A DNA stretch of 43,607 bases. Source: a virus (taxonomy: Duplodnaviria; Caudoviricetes). The notes under the pieces were generated by a model. That model saw nothing but the letters and a program-made list of their open reading frames with translations, was not told the DNA's origin and did not search any database. Below are positions 28,993-36,434 of this stretch, in pieces. Numbering within the stretch: the stretch's first letter is position 1; each line of letters starts with the position of its first letter. The translations under genes were made by a program, and so were the position numbers. The DNA lies in IMG/VR virus record IMGVR_UViG_3300024051_000006, positions 1 to 43,607 of that record, one strand, 5' to 3'.

Positions 28993-29547
28993 ATGGCGAC
29001 CACCACCATCCAGCCCCTGCCGTACCCCGGCCCGCTCGACCCGCCTGCTGGTCCCGCGCAGATCAAGGCGCTCGCCGAGGCGATCGAGGGCCGCACCGTC
29101 ATGCGCTTCGCGACCGCCGCGGCCCGCGACGCCGCGATCCCCAGCGGCGCGCGCGTCGCCGGGATGATGTGCTTCATCGAGGCCGACAACGGTGTTTATG
29201 TCTGGAGCGGGAGCGCATGGGGCGTCGTCTGGCAGGACACGGGTTGGGTGAACATCACGCTCGCGGCGGGGTTCACCGCGCTGTCGCCCGTGCGCGTGCG
29301 ACGCATCGGCCAGGTCGTCCACTGGCGCGGACGCATCGGAGGACCCTGGACGACCTCGTACCAGATCGTCGTGCCACCTGCGAACCTCCCGGCCGGGGTG
29401 CTGATCGGTGGCCTCGGCTGGGCTCTCAACACGGGCTCTCCGACGTTCTCCGCGATTGCTGTCATGGACTCCGGCGGGTTCAAGGTCGCGTGTAACAGCC
29501 CGTCTTCAGGCGTCCACCTCGACGGCATCATGTACCCGGTGAGCTGA
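28993..29547 (+). CDS. Tail fibre / receptor-binding protein, variant A (constant 65 aa plus variable domain A)
   Basis: LPYP, RFATAAARDAAIP..GM constant part; DTGWVNITL...RRIGQVVHWRG fibre C-domain. Confidence 0.8.
   Translation: MATTTIQPLPYPGPLDPPAGPAQIKALAEAIEGRTVMRFATAAARDAAIPSGARVAGMMCFIEADNGVYVWSGSAWGVVWQDTGWVNITLAAGFTALSPVRVRRIGQVVHWRGRIGGPWTTSYQIVVPPANLPAGVLIGGLGWALNTGSPTFSAIAVMDSGGFKVACNSPSSGVHLDGIMYPVS
29179..29206 (+). repeat. Inversion site 1 (dif-like): GAGGCCGACAA-CGGTGT-TTATGTCTGGA
   Basis: 16-bp core 29188-29203 is the exact inverse of 29963-29978. Confidence 0.85.
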
Positions 29548-29976
29548 CCAGTGCGTCAGCTGGCGCGGTAGGAGCCCTCGACGGTGATCGTGTCGCTCGC
29601 GCCCCACGTCCACGGGACGCTCGCGCCCGCGACCGTGCCCGACTCCGAGGTGATCGAGATCGTCGTCCCGGCCCACCGCGACGCATGGAAGGCACGGACC
29701 GCCGACGCGCTCGCGTCGTAGAGCAGCGCGCGGCCGAGAAGTGCTCGCGCCCCAAGGACGCTCGACGACGCAGGCAGCCCCAGGACGACCGTGCCGGTGA
29801 CGGACGACGACGAGCCGAGCACGAGCTCGATCTGGTAGTGGACGACGCCGCCGACGATCGCGTATGCGCCGGCGATCGTGCCGTTGCCGAGGGCGACGCC
29901 CGCGATGGTCGGGATGTACGTCCGCCACGCCGTGTACAGGGCCCGCCACTGCCCCCCGGAGTAGACATAAACACCG
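29190..29976. mobile_element. Invertible tail-fibre cassette
   Basis: Inverted repeats flank two convergent, in-frame alternative 3' gene halves. Confidence 0.85.
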
Positions 29977-29978
29977 TT
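29556..29978 (-). CDS. Silent alternative C-terminal domain B of the tail fibre (fuses in frame after inversion; 205 aa product)
   Basis: NGVYVYSGGQWRALYTAWRTYIPTIAGVALGNGTIAGAY...GSYRAS*; open from the repeat to the stop, no start at its 5' end. Confidence 0.85.
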   Translation of the reverse strand, partial: NGVYVYSGGQWRALYTAWRTYIPTIAGVALGNGTIAGAYAIVGGVVHYQIELVLGSSSSVTGTVVLGLPASSSVLGARALLGRALLYDASASAVRAFHASRWAGTTISITSESGTVAGASVPWTWGASDTITVEGSYRAS

Positions 29979-29987
29979 CTCAGGCTA
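29960..29987 (-). repeat. Inversion site 2 (dif-like): TAGCCTGAGAA-CGGTGT-TTATGTCTACT
   Basis: Same 6-bp spacer and TTATGTCT as site 1, opposite strand. Confidence 0.85.
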
Positions 29988-30080
29988 CCTGCAAGCCCGT
30001 GACCTGCGAGAACACCCGACCGGGCGGCCCTCGCCGCCCAGTCGTCCCACACAGCGGACACCCCGAGAGGACACCCCCGC

Positions 30081-30452
30081 ATGACCTACGACCCCGGCCT
30101 CGGCGCGCTCGAGCACACCCAGCCCAACGCTCGACGCCCGATCGCGGAGGACCCAACCCTCGCCGTCGTCCTGTCCAAGCTCTCGGACCTGCGCGAGGAC
30201 GTCCTCGAGCTGCGCGCCGAGGTCCGCGCGTCCTCCGCCAACGTCGTCGCGCGCGGCGAGTGGCAGCAGCGCAACGCTGCCGTGGACGCGTCTTTCACGG
30301 CGCAGGGCCGCGAGATCGCGCAGCTGCGCACCGACATCGTCCAGGCGCGCACCCTCGCCGAGACCCGCCGCGCCCCCTGGTGGTCCGTCGTCGCAGCGAT
30401 CGGCTCCGTCGTCGCCGTCGCAGCCGTCCTCATCCCCGCCCTCGCCCGCTAG
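30081..30452 (+). CDS. Coiled-coil membrane protein of the lysis cassette
   Basis: Coiled coil plus C-terminal TM; precedes endolysin. Confidence 0.7.
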   Translation: MTYDPGLGALEHTQPNARRPIAEDPTLAVVLSKLSDLREDVLELRAEVRASSANVVARGEWQQRNAAVDASFTAQGREIAQLRTDIVQARTLAETRRAPWWSVVAAIGSVVAVAAVLIPALAR

Positions 30453-30465
30453 GAGGCACCCCCTC

Positions 30466-31329
30466 ATGCAGCAGCAGACCATCGCGCCCGGGCACTGGCT
30501 CGCCCCTGCCCCGGCCGCGTCCTACGCCCGGATGATCCGCGACGGCTGCCCGCCCGGCATCACCTCCGCGGGCCGCACCACCGCGGAGCAGCGCTCGATC
30601 TTCCTGGCCCGCTACCGCCCGCAGGCCACCGGCTCTGGCCCCTACGGCGACGTGGTCACGTGGCAGGGCGTGCGCTACGTGCGCGTGTCGGGCCCCTCGC
30701 CCGCGTCCCCGCCCGGGTCGGTGTGGTCCCTGCACGAGCGCGGCGACGCGATCGACGTGCCCGAGCCCGCCCGCGCCTGGATTCGCACCCACGGCGCGCC
30801 CTACGGCTGGGTCCGAGACACCGTGCCCGGCGAGCCCTGGCACATGGTCTACCAGCCCGACCGTGACACCCGCCCGGGCAGCGTCATCCCGCTGCCGACC
30901 GACCTCCCGGAGGACACCATGCGCCGCATCACCCACACCCGCACGAAGAAGGTCGCGCTCCCGAAGGGCGCGTGGACGACCGCGCCCATCGACGACAAGG
31001 GCAACACGTCCGCGTGCACCGTCGCGGGCCGCGGGCTCGTCGTCGCCGACCTCACCCTCACCGGCGTCCCCAAGGGCAAGGAGGTCCAGGCGCGCGTCAT
31101 CGTCGTCGACACCGACCCCGCCGGCAAGGGAGCCAAGATCGTCTCCCGCGGCCGCATCGTCGAGATCATCGGCACCGGCGGCTCCACGTTCGGCCAGATC
31201 GTCGCGCCCATCGACCTACCCAAGGTCACCGGCACGCGCTCCCGCCGCGCGCGCGTCCAGATCCTCGCCCTCGACGCCGGGGTCACCCTCACCGCCCTGA
31301 CCACCACCACCGACCTCATCCCCGCCTGA
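30466..31329 (+). CDS. Endolysin, M15-type Zn peptidase
   Basis: ITSAGRT..EQ, SLHERGDAID, EPWH motifs. Confidence 0.88.
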   Translation: MQQQTIAPGHWLAPAPAASYARMIRDGCPPGITSAGRTTAEQRSIFLARYRPQATGSGPYGDVVTWQGVRYVRVSGPSPASPPGSVWSLHERGDAIDVPEPARAWIRTHGAPYGWVRDTVPGEPWHMVYQPDRDTRPGSVIPLPTDLPEDTMRRITHTRTKKVALPKGAWTTAPIDDKGNTSACTVAGRGLVVADLTLTGVPKGKEVQARVIVVDTDPAGKGAKIVSRGRIVEIIGTGGSTFGQIVAPIDLPKVTGTRSRRARVQILALDAGVTLTALTTTTDLIPA

Positions 31330-31338
31330 GAGGACACC

Positions 31339-31674
31339 ATGACCCGCACCTGGCTCCACGCCGCCCTCGTCCGCGCCGTGCGCACCGTCGCGCAGACCGC
31401 CGTCGCCCTCATCGGCACCAGCGCCCTCGGCGTCCTCGACGTCGACTGGATCGCCGTCACCTCCGCCTCCGCGCTCGCGGGCATCGTCTCGGTGCTCACG
31501 TCCGTCGCAGGCCTGCCCGAGGCCGCACCGCCCGCCGTCGTCGCCACGGGCATCGCGCCGCCGACGCTCGCCGAGCTCGTCGACCGCGCTGACGAGCGCG
31601 TGGACCCCGCGACCGTCCCCGACCCCGACGAGGACGACGGCGAGGACCCCGACCCGGACCCGACCGATGAGTGA
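31339..31674 (+). CDS. Holin (r1t family)
   Basis: RAVRTVAQTAVALIG...VDW...SVLTSVAGLPE. Confidence 0.92.
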   Translation: MTRTWLHAALVRAVRTVAQTAVALIGTSALGVLDVDWIAVTSASALAGIVSVLTSVAGLPEAAPPAVVATGIAPPTLAELVDRADERVDPATVPDPDEDDGEDPDPDPTDE

Positions 31675-31801
31675 CCTGCCCTGCCCCGCCTGCGAGACCC
31701 CGTGCGGCCGCTGCACCTACGAGTGCGAGGCATGCGGACGCCGCTACGCCTCCGTCCACGCCGCCCGCGAGTGCGCGGACTTCGACGACCGCACCGACTG
31801 A
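31667..31801 (+). CDS. 44-aa Cys-rich small protein
   Basis: MSDLPCPACETPCGRCTYECEACGRRYASVHAARECADFDDRTD; overlaps holin stop; not in the ORF track. Confidence 0.55.
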   Translation: MSDLPCPACETPCGRCTYECEACGRRYASVHAARECADFDDRTD

Positions 31802-31812
31802 CCCCGCGCGCA

Positions 31813-31860
31813 CGACGACGCCCCCACCCTCCCCGAGCGGGAGGGTGGGGGCGCTTCGTC
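31813..31860. terminator. Bidirectional terminator between late operon and leftward cassette
   Basis: CGCCCCCACCCTCCC...GGGAGGGTGGGGGCG hairpin. Confidence 0.75.
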
Positions 31861-31865
31861 ATGCG

Positions 31866-32333
31866 TCAGGACTTCCCGTTCCCGTTCTCGCCCTTCGGGA
31901 AGAGGTAGTTCGCGACGATGTACATGAGGCCGATCACCTGGACGACTGTGCTCGTGAACCATGCGATGAGAACGCTAGATTCGATCGGGCTGTCCTCGCG
32001 ATAGCAGTATGCGATGTAGCTCGCCATCAGCGCGCCCGTGGCAACCAGCGTCCAAACCATCGTGCGCTTGATGGTCGTCGCGAACGACTGCCGGAGCGTC
32101 CGGGTCTGGGCGCGGTCGGAGCGATCATGCTTGAGCATCTCGCGCTCATGCTCCTCCATCTGGAGGCGTCGACGCCGCTCGAAGTCATCGTCGAGGCTCT
32201 CGCGAGAACGAGGAACTCTTGCAGCGCTACGCACGGATTCCACCGTCGACCGCAGGGGCACGTCCCTGCCCTTGATCTCATCAAAGAGGGCTCGATCGAG
32301 GTCTCGACGAGTCCGAGGACGCGGATCAGACAT
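31866..32333 (-). CDS. 2-TM membrane protein (accessory)
   Basis: Two C-terminal hydrophobic helices ending VIGLMYIVANYLFP; lower GC. Confidence 0.75.
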   Translation of the reverse strand: MSDPRPRTRRDLDRALFDEIKGRDVPLRSTVESVRSAARVPRSRESLDDDFERRRRLQMEEHEREMLKHDRSDRAQTRTLRQSFATTIKRTMVWTLVATGALMASYIAYCYREDSPIESSVLIAWFTSTVVQVIGLMYIVANYLFPKGENGNGKS

Positions 32334-32808
32334 CGAGCCGTTCGCGGCGCTTCCGCACCGCCGCTGGGCTCACGCCGAACTTCGCGGCGGCCAGGTAGTC
32401 GGAGCCGTGAGCCTTGATATCAGCCCGGAAATGCTTCTCCGGCATCAGCAAGTTGCCCGCGAACTCGTCGGCGTAGAACTCGTGGAGGTCATACTTCCCC
32501 GGGAGCCGCTCCTCGACGAAGGAGTACTCCTCGTCGCCAGCCTGCTTCCGCTCGAAGTAGTGCCCGAGCTCGTGGGCGCAGGTGAAGGTCTGACGTCCGA
32601 AGTTGTCGCTCTCCTCAACGAGGATCGTGATCTCCCCGGCCTGGGCGACGATCGCCCCGGAGAGCTCGGGCCTGAGCGATGCGACGATCACCTTCATGCC
32701 GAGACTGTCTGCGATACCGAACGGGTCGATGGGGAACGTCGAGCCGTCCCAGTGCTCCTTGAGCACGCTCTCGGCCGCGACCTTGGCCGCTTCCTTGACT
32801 AGCATCAT
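32326..32808 (-). CDS. ImmA/IrrE-family metallopeptidase (second copy)
   Basis: PIDPFGIA, RQTFTCAHELGH, EFYADEFAGNLLMP, FGVS..AV..R. Confidence 0.88.
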   Translation of the reverse strand: MMLVKEAAKVAAESVLKEHWDGSTFPIDPFGIADSLGMKVIVASLRPELSGAIVAQAGEITILVEESDNFGRQTFTCAHELGHYFERKQAGDEEYSFVEERLPGKYDLHEFYADEFAGNLLMPEKHFRADIKAHGSDYLAAAKFGVSPAAVRKRRERLDV

Positions 32809-32936
32809 CCACCCCCAATCACCTACCGCCGACGCTACCTGGTAGGTCCATCTTGTGCTATGACCGAACTCACGGCGAGTCCTGGTTGATGCCTCGGCAT
32901 GCTGACACTCGGCCTTGAGCCAGCACGCAATCCTCG

Positions 32937-34028
32937 TCATGCCCGGGGGTACCGCCGCAGCCGCTGGGACACGGTCGCGTGCGGCATGTCCAGGCTCCGC
33001 GCGACCGACGCGACCGTGACCCCGTCGAGCTCGAGCAGCGCCCGCACGCGCGCGCTCCACACCGGCAGGTCCGTCACATCTCCGAGCGAGGCGACCTCCT
33101 CAGGCGTGAGCGGCCGGCCACGCCGCGCAGCGCCGCGCGCTTGTGCGGCGGCGACCTGCTGCGGCGACCAGCGCGCACCCCGCGACGCCTCCGTAGCCGC
33201 GGCAGGGTCGCGGTGCTCGGCGAGCACGGCCGCATGCTCGTCACGATGCCGCTCCCACGCGGCGCTCATCCGCGCACGGGTCGTCTCCCCGACGAGCGCG
33301 AGACCGGGCGCGAGGCCGTGCCGCTCGCGGTACTCGCTCGCGGTGACGCCGTGGACGCGCACGTGCGTCGCCAGGTGCTCCAGCGCCCGCCCGCACTCGT
33401 GGCAGATGACGCGACCGTCGTCGTCGCGCTCGAGCATCCCGTAGCGGCCGTGCCCGTCCACGCTGCCGTAGGCCGGACGGGCCCGGGCCTCCTCGCGCAG
33501 CCGCTGCCGTCGCCTCGCCTGGTAGTGGGGCCAGCACATCTCCCGCGTCGCGTCCGGCGCGCGCTCGCAGCCGGCGACCGAGCACGTCTCGGGCCGCGGC
33601 TGCCGCAGGCGCGGCACGGCGGGCACCGGCCGCGGGATGCGCACGGCACGCGGCGGTGGCGGCGCGGGGATCACCGGCCTGCCGCTGATGACGCGGCTGT
33701 AGTGCAGGGAGCACCAGCCGCGCGCACGATGAGGACGCCCGCACCCATCGAGCATGCACACCGGGCCGCGCTCCGCGCGCGGGACGACCGGCGCAGACAG
33801 CGCCGCACCGTCCGCACCCAGACGCGCGCGCTCGTAGTGCCGCGGGCACATGCCACGCGCGACCGCGTCGACCTCGCACCCGTCCACGGAGCACGTCGCG
33901 ACCGGGCGCGCGTCGACGGGCGCAGCCATGTCCGACCCGCGCCGCCACCGCGTGTAGTGCGCCACGCACCAGCCGCGCGCCAGGACCGGCCGACCGCAGC
34001 CCTCGACGCTGCAGGTGCGGGCGGTCAT
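32937..34028 (-). CDS. Multi-Zn-finger protein with MucR/Ros-like domain and C-terminal HTH
   Basis: 4x C(S/M)xxGC...CxxHY repeats; ICHECG...LATHVRVHGVTASEYRERHGL; VASVARSLDMPHATVSQRL. Confidence 0.7.
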   Translation of the reverse strand: MTARTCSVEGCGRPVLARGWCVAHYTRWRRGSDMAAPVDARPVATCSVDGCEVDAVARGMCPRHYERARLGADGAALSAPVVPRAERGPVCMLDGCGRPHRARGWCSLHYSRVISGRPVIPAPPPPRAVRIPRPVPAVPRLRQPRPETCSVAGCERAPDATREMCWPHYQARRRQRLREEARARPAYGSVDGHGRYGMLERDDDGRVICHECGRALEHLATHVRVHGVTASEYRERHGLAPGLALVGETTRARMSAAWERHRDEHAAVLAEHRDPAAATEASRGARWSPQQVAAAQARGAARRGRPLTPEEVASLGDVTDLPVWSARVRALLELDGVTVASVARSLDMPHATVSQRLRRYPRA

Positions 34029-34384
34029 CGCTCGCCGAGGTCCTTCAGCAGCGTCATCCGGTCGAGACCGGCCGCGCGCGCGGCCGCAGCCTTGGGCATC
34101 CCGTCGAGCGCAGCCATGCGCGCGACCTGCCGCGCCGCGGCGCGCGCGACCATCTCGGCGCGCTGCGTGCGCCTGCGCTCGGCCCCGGCGTCCTCGGCGG
34201 TCGTCTCCCCGAGGAGGTACTGCACGCACGCGGTGAGCGCGGCCGTCGCCTCCTCGTCGTCGTCGCGGTCCGGGTAGCGGGCCGTGATCTCGTCCCACTC
34301 GTCCGCGAACCGCTCGCGCTGGGCGTCGGTGAGGTCGTCGGCGACGGGGCCGAGCCACGCGCCGTGAGTGTCGATGTCGTACAT
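34025..34384 (-). CDS. HTH protein
   Basis: C-terminal GMPKAAAARAAGLDRMTLLKDLG. Confidence 0.75.
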   Translation of the reverse strand: MYDIDTHGAWLGPVADDLTDAQRERFADEWDEITARYPDRDDDEEATAALTACVQYLLGETTAEDAGAERRRTQRAEMVARAAARQVARMAALDGMPKAAAARAAGLDRMTLLKDLGER

Positions 34385-34396
34385 GAGGGGCTCCGA

Positions 34397-34777
34397 TCAG
34401 GCGTAGAGGGCGTCGTAGGTGGCGTTGACGAGCTCGTAGAAGTCGTCGCCGACGACCGTGGTGCCGATGACGGCGGTGGGGTGGACGAGGACGGCTCCGA
34501 CCGCGGCGTCGTGGTCCTCGTCGTCAGCGAGGTCGGCCTCGATCTCGACGATGACCGACTCGTCGGCGACCGGGACGCCGGCCTGGGCGATGTACGCGGC
34601 GAGCTCCTCGACGGACTCGCAGACGGAGACGCCGTGGCGGACGTCCTCGACCTCCTCGCCGTTCTCGAGGGTGATGTACTTCTCGCCGCCGTGGTTGCGG
34701 GAGTTCCAGCGGGTCGGGTCCAGGAGCGCCGCGGTGTCGCGGTCGGCGGGCTGGATGCGGAAGTATCGGCTGCTCAT
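34397..34777 (-). CDS. Hypothetical acidic protein (possible toxin)
   Basis: Leaderless ATG; YFRIQ...HGVSVCES...VIVEIEAD. Confidence 0.65.
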   Translation of the reverse strand: MSSRYFRIQPADRDTAALLDPTRWNSRNHGGEKYITLENGEEVEDVRHGVSVCESVEELAAYIAQAGVPVADESVIVEIEADLADDEDHDAAVGAVLVHPTAVIGTTVVGDDFYELVNATYDALYA

Positions 34778-34815
34778 GTAGAACACTCTACATGCCTTCT
34801 GTAGTTCTGTCTACA
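34777..34815 (-). promoter_or_regulatory. SigA-type leaderless promoter with two palindromic operators
   Basis: TAGACA-17-TAGAGT-7-ATG; TGTAG-N6-CTACA at 34777-34792 and 34800-34815. Confidence 0.75.
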
Positions 34816-34860
34816 CCCGAGCGCGACGAGTTTCGACCGATCACGAACGCCGCCCCAGCA

Positions 34861-36111
34861 CTACTCCCCTCCGTCGAGCGCGAGCCTCTCCCCCAGCCGC
34901 GCCATGGCGTCCCGTCCGAGCGCCGTCGAGACATGCGTGTAGCCAGCCGTGACCGCGGCCGAGTTGTGCCCCATGATCGCCATGCGCGTCCGCTCGTCCA
35001 CGCCGAGTTCGAGCAGCAGCGTCGCCGTGGTGTGGCGCGCCGAGTGCAGCGGCGCGTCAGGCAGCCCGGCCCGCCTGAGTGCCGCGTCCCACGCTGCAGC
35101 GTCGTCGCGCGGGTCGATCGGGTGCCCGTCGCCACGATGGAAGATCAGGCCAGCGTCACCCGGCGTCGCGACCTCGAGGTGCCGCTCGATGACCTCGGCG
35201 AGCAGCGGGGCCATGGGCACCTCACGCCACCCGGCGCGCGACTTCGGGCGCGTCATCCAGAGTCCGCCGTAGACCTGTCGCGCCTCTTGGTCGGACGGGA
35301 TGCGCACGTGGCGGTCCGGGCAGTAGCCGGCGCGCGTGTACTCGCACGGCCACCCGCCGGTCGGCTTCTCGTCGGCACACCCGTGCTCCCACCGTAGGCG
35401 CTGGATCTGCCACGAGACCGTGATGACACCGGCGTCGAGGTCGACCGCGTCGCGCGTGATGCCGAGCCTCTCGCCCTGCCGCATGCCCGTGAGCAGCGCG
35501 ACGGACCAGTGCGGGGCCTCGTCGGGGTTCGTCGCGACGCTCCGGAGCAGCGTGACCGCCTGGTCGGCCGTGAGCGCGGCGCGCGTGCTGACGGCGCGGC
35601 GTGGCGCGTCGAGGAGCGTCGCCACGTTGCGCGTGACGCGACCCTCGCGCTCGGCGTCAGTGAGTGCCTTGGCGAGGATGCGGTGCGCCTGCAACGCGGT
35701 CGTCGTCGAGCGACCCGCGCGGAGGATCGCGTCGTGCACCTCCCGGACGTGCGCGGGCGTGAGGCGGTCGAGCCGACGCGTGCCGATGGTGGGGACGATC
35801 CACGTGTTGACGTACCCCTGATAGGTCGCGAGCGTCCTCGGCTTGAGGCGCGGGCGAGCGATGGTCTCGAGCCATAGGTTCATCCACGTCGCGACCGTGG
35901 GGCTCGACGTCGGCAGATCGCCCGCGCGGTCGAGCTCGCGTCGCATGTCGGCGAGGAGGCGCGACGCCCCGGCCTTCGTCTTGTGCGTCTTGACCTTCCG
36001 ACGTCGCTTGCCGTCACGGTCGGGCAGCGTGATGGACGCGACCCACATGCCGTCGCTGGTCCGCTGGTAGAGCGACCCTGCGTGGGCGTCCCGTCGTGCC
36101 GTGCGTGCCAT
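34861..36111 (-). CDS. int: Tyrosine integrase
   Basis: GSLYQR N-terminal arm-binding domain; GMRQGE, PKS, HSARH, MGH, GYTH catalytic residues. Confidence 0.95.
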   Translation of the reverse strand: MARTARRDAHAGSLYQRTSDGMWVASITLPDRDGKRRRKVKTHKTKAGASRLLADMRRELDRAGDLPTSSPTVATWMNLWLETIARPRLKPRTLATYQGYVNTWIVPTIGTRRLDRLTPAHVREVHDAILRAGRSTTTALQAHRILAKALTDAEREGRVTRNVATLLDAPRRAVSTRAALTADQAVTLLRSVATNPDEAPHWSVALLTGMRQGERLGITRDAVDLDAGVITVSWQIQRLRWEHGCADEKPTGGWPCEYTRAGYCPDRHVRIPSDQEARQVYGGLWMTRPKSRAGWREVPMAPLLAEVIERHLEVATPGDAGLIFHRGDGHPIDPRDDAAAWDAALRRAGLPDAPLHSARHTTATLLLELGVDERTRMAIMGHNSAAVTAGYTHVSTALGRDAMARLGERLALDGGE

Positions 36112-36130
36112 GGTGCACCTCCCTGCCCCT

Positions 36131-36384
36131 ACTGTAGCCACGACTGTAGCCACGCACCCGCGCGCACATGCGCGCACCCGCTTGTCAAGAATGGCAGAAT
36201 CTCGCGGCTTCCGAGGCCCTTCCGCCCCCCTCAGACTACCCGACCGTCAGACTCATAATCCGTCGGTCCTGGGTTCAAGCCCCAGATGCCTCACGCAGAA
36301 TCCCGCCGATCCTGACGGGCCGAGCGGCGGGCACTGTAGCCACACCTTTAGCCAAGGCCGAAAATCGCTGCTCGGCTGTAGCCA
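36131..36384 (+). other. attP: attP: arm-type repeats (A)CTGTAGCCA flanking a tRNA(CAT) 3'-half core at 36250-36284
   Basis: Repeats at 36131, 36143, 36333, 36345 (degenerate), 36375; core GACTCATAATCCGTCGGTCCTGGGTTCAAGCCCCA spans anticodon loop to T arm. Confidence 0.88.
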
Positions 36385-36387
36385 CAA

Positions 36388-36424
36388 CGAAGCCCCCGAC
36401 CTCGAGGTGAGGCCGGGGGCTTCG
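36388..36424. terminator. Hairpin terminator
   Basis: CGAAGCCCCCG...CGGGGGCTTCG. Confidence 0.7.
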
Positions 36425-36434
36425 GTGCGCGAGG

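Noticed and set aside
29556-29822. Independent 88-aa minus-strand gene from the ORF track
   Set aside because: The frame extends upstream to the inverted repeat and there is no convincing RBS; better explained as a silent cassette half
29982-29988. GTAGCC match to integrase arm sites next to inversion site 2 (Int as the invertase)
   Set aside because: Only 6 bp, single copy, absent at site 1, and the spacer is unrelated to the attP core; not excluded experimentally
28993-30080. Diversity-generating retroelement acting on the tail fibre
   Set aside because: No reverse transcriptase ORF and no TR/VR pair with adenine-specific mismatches; the variation here is by inversion
36240-36295. Complete tRNA gene
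   Set aside because: Only the anticodon loop to T arm is present, with no D arm or acceptor pairing; it is the attP core
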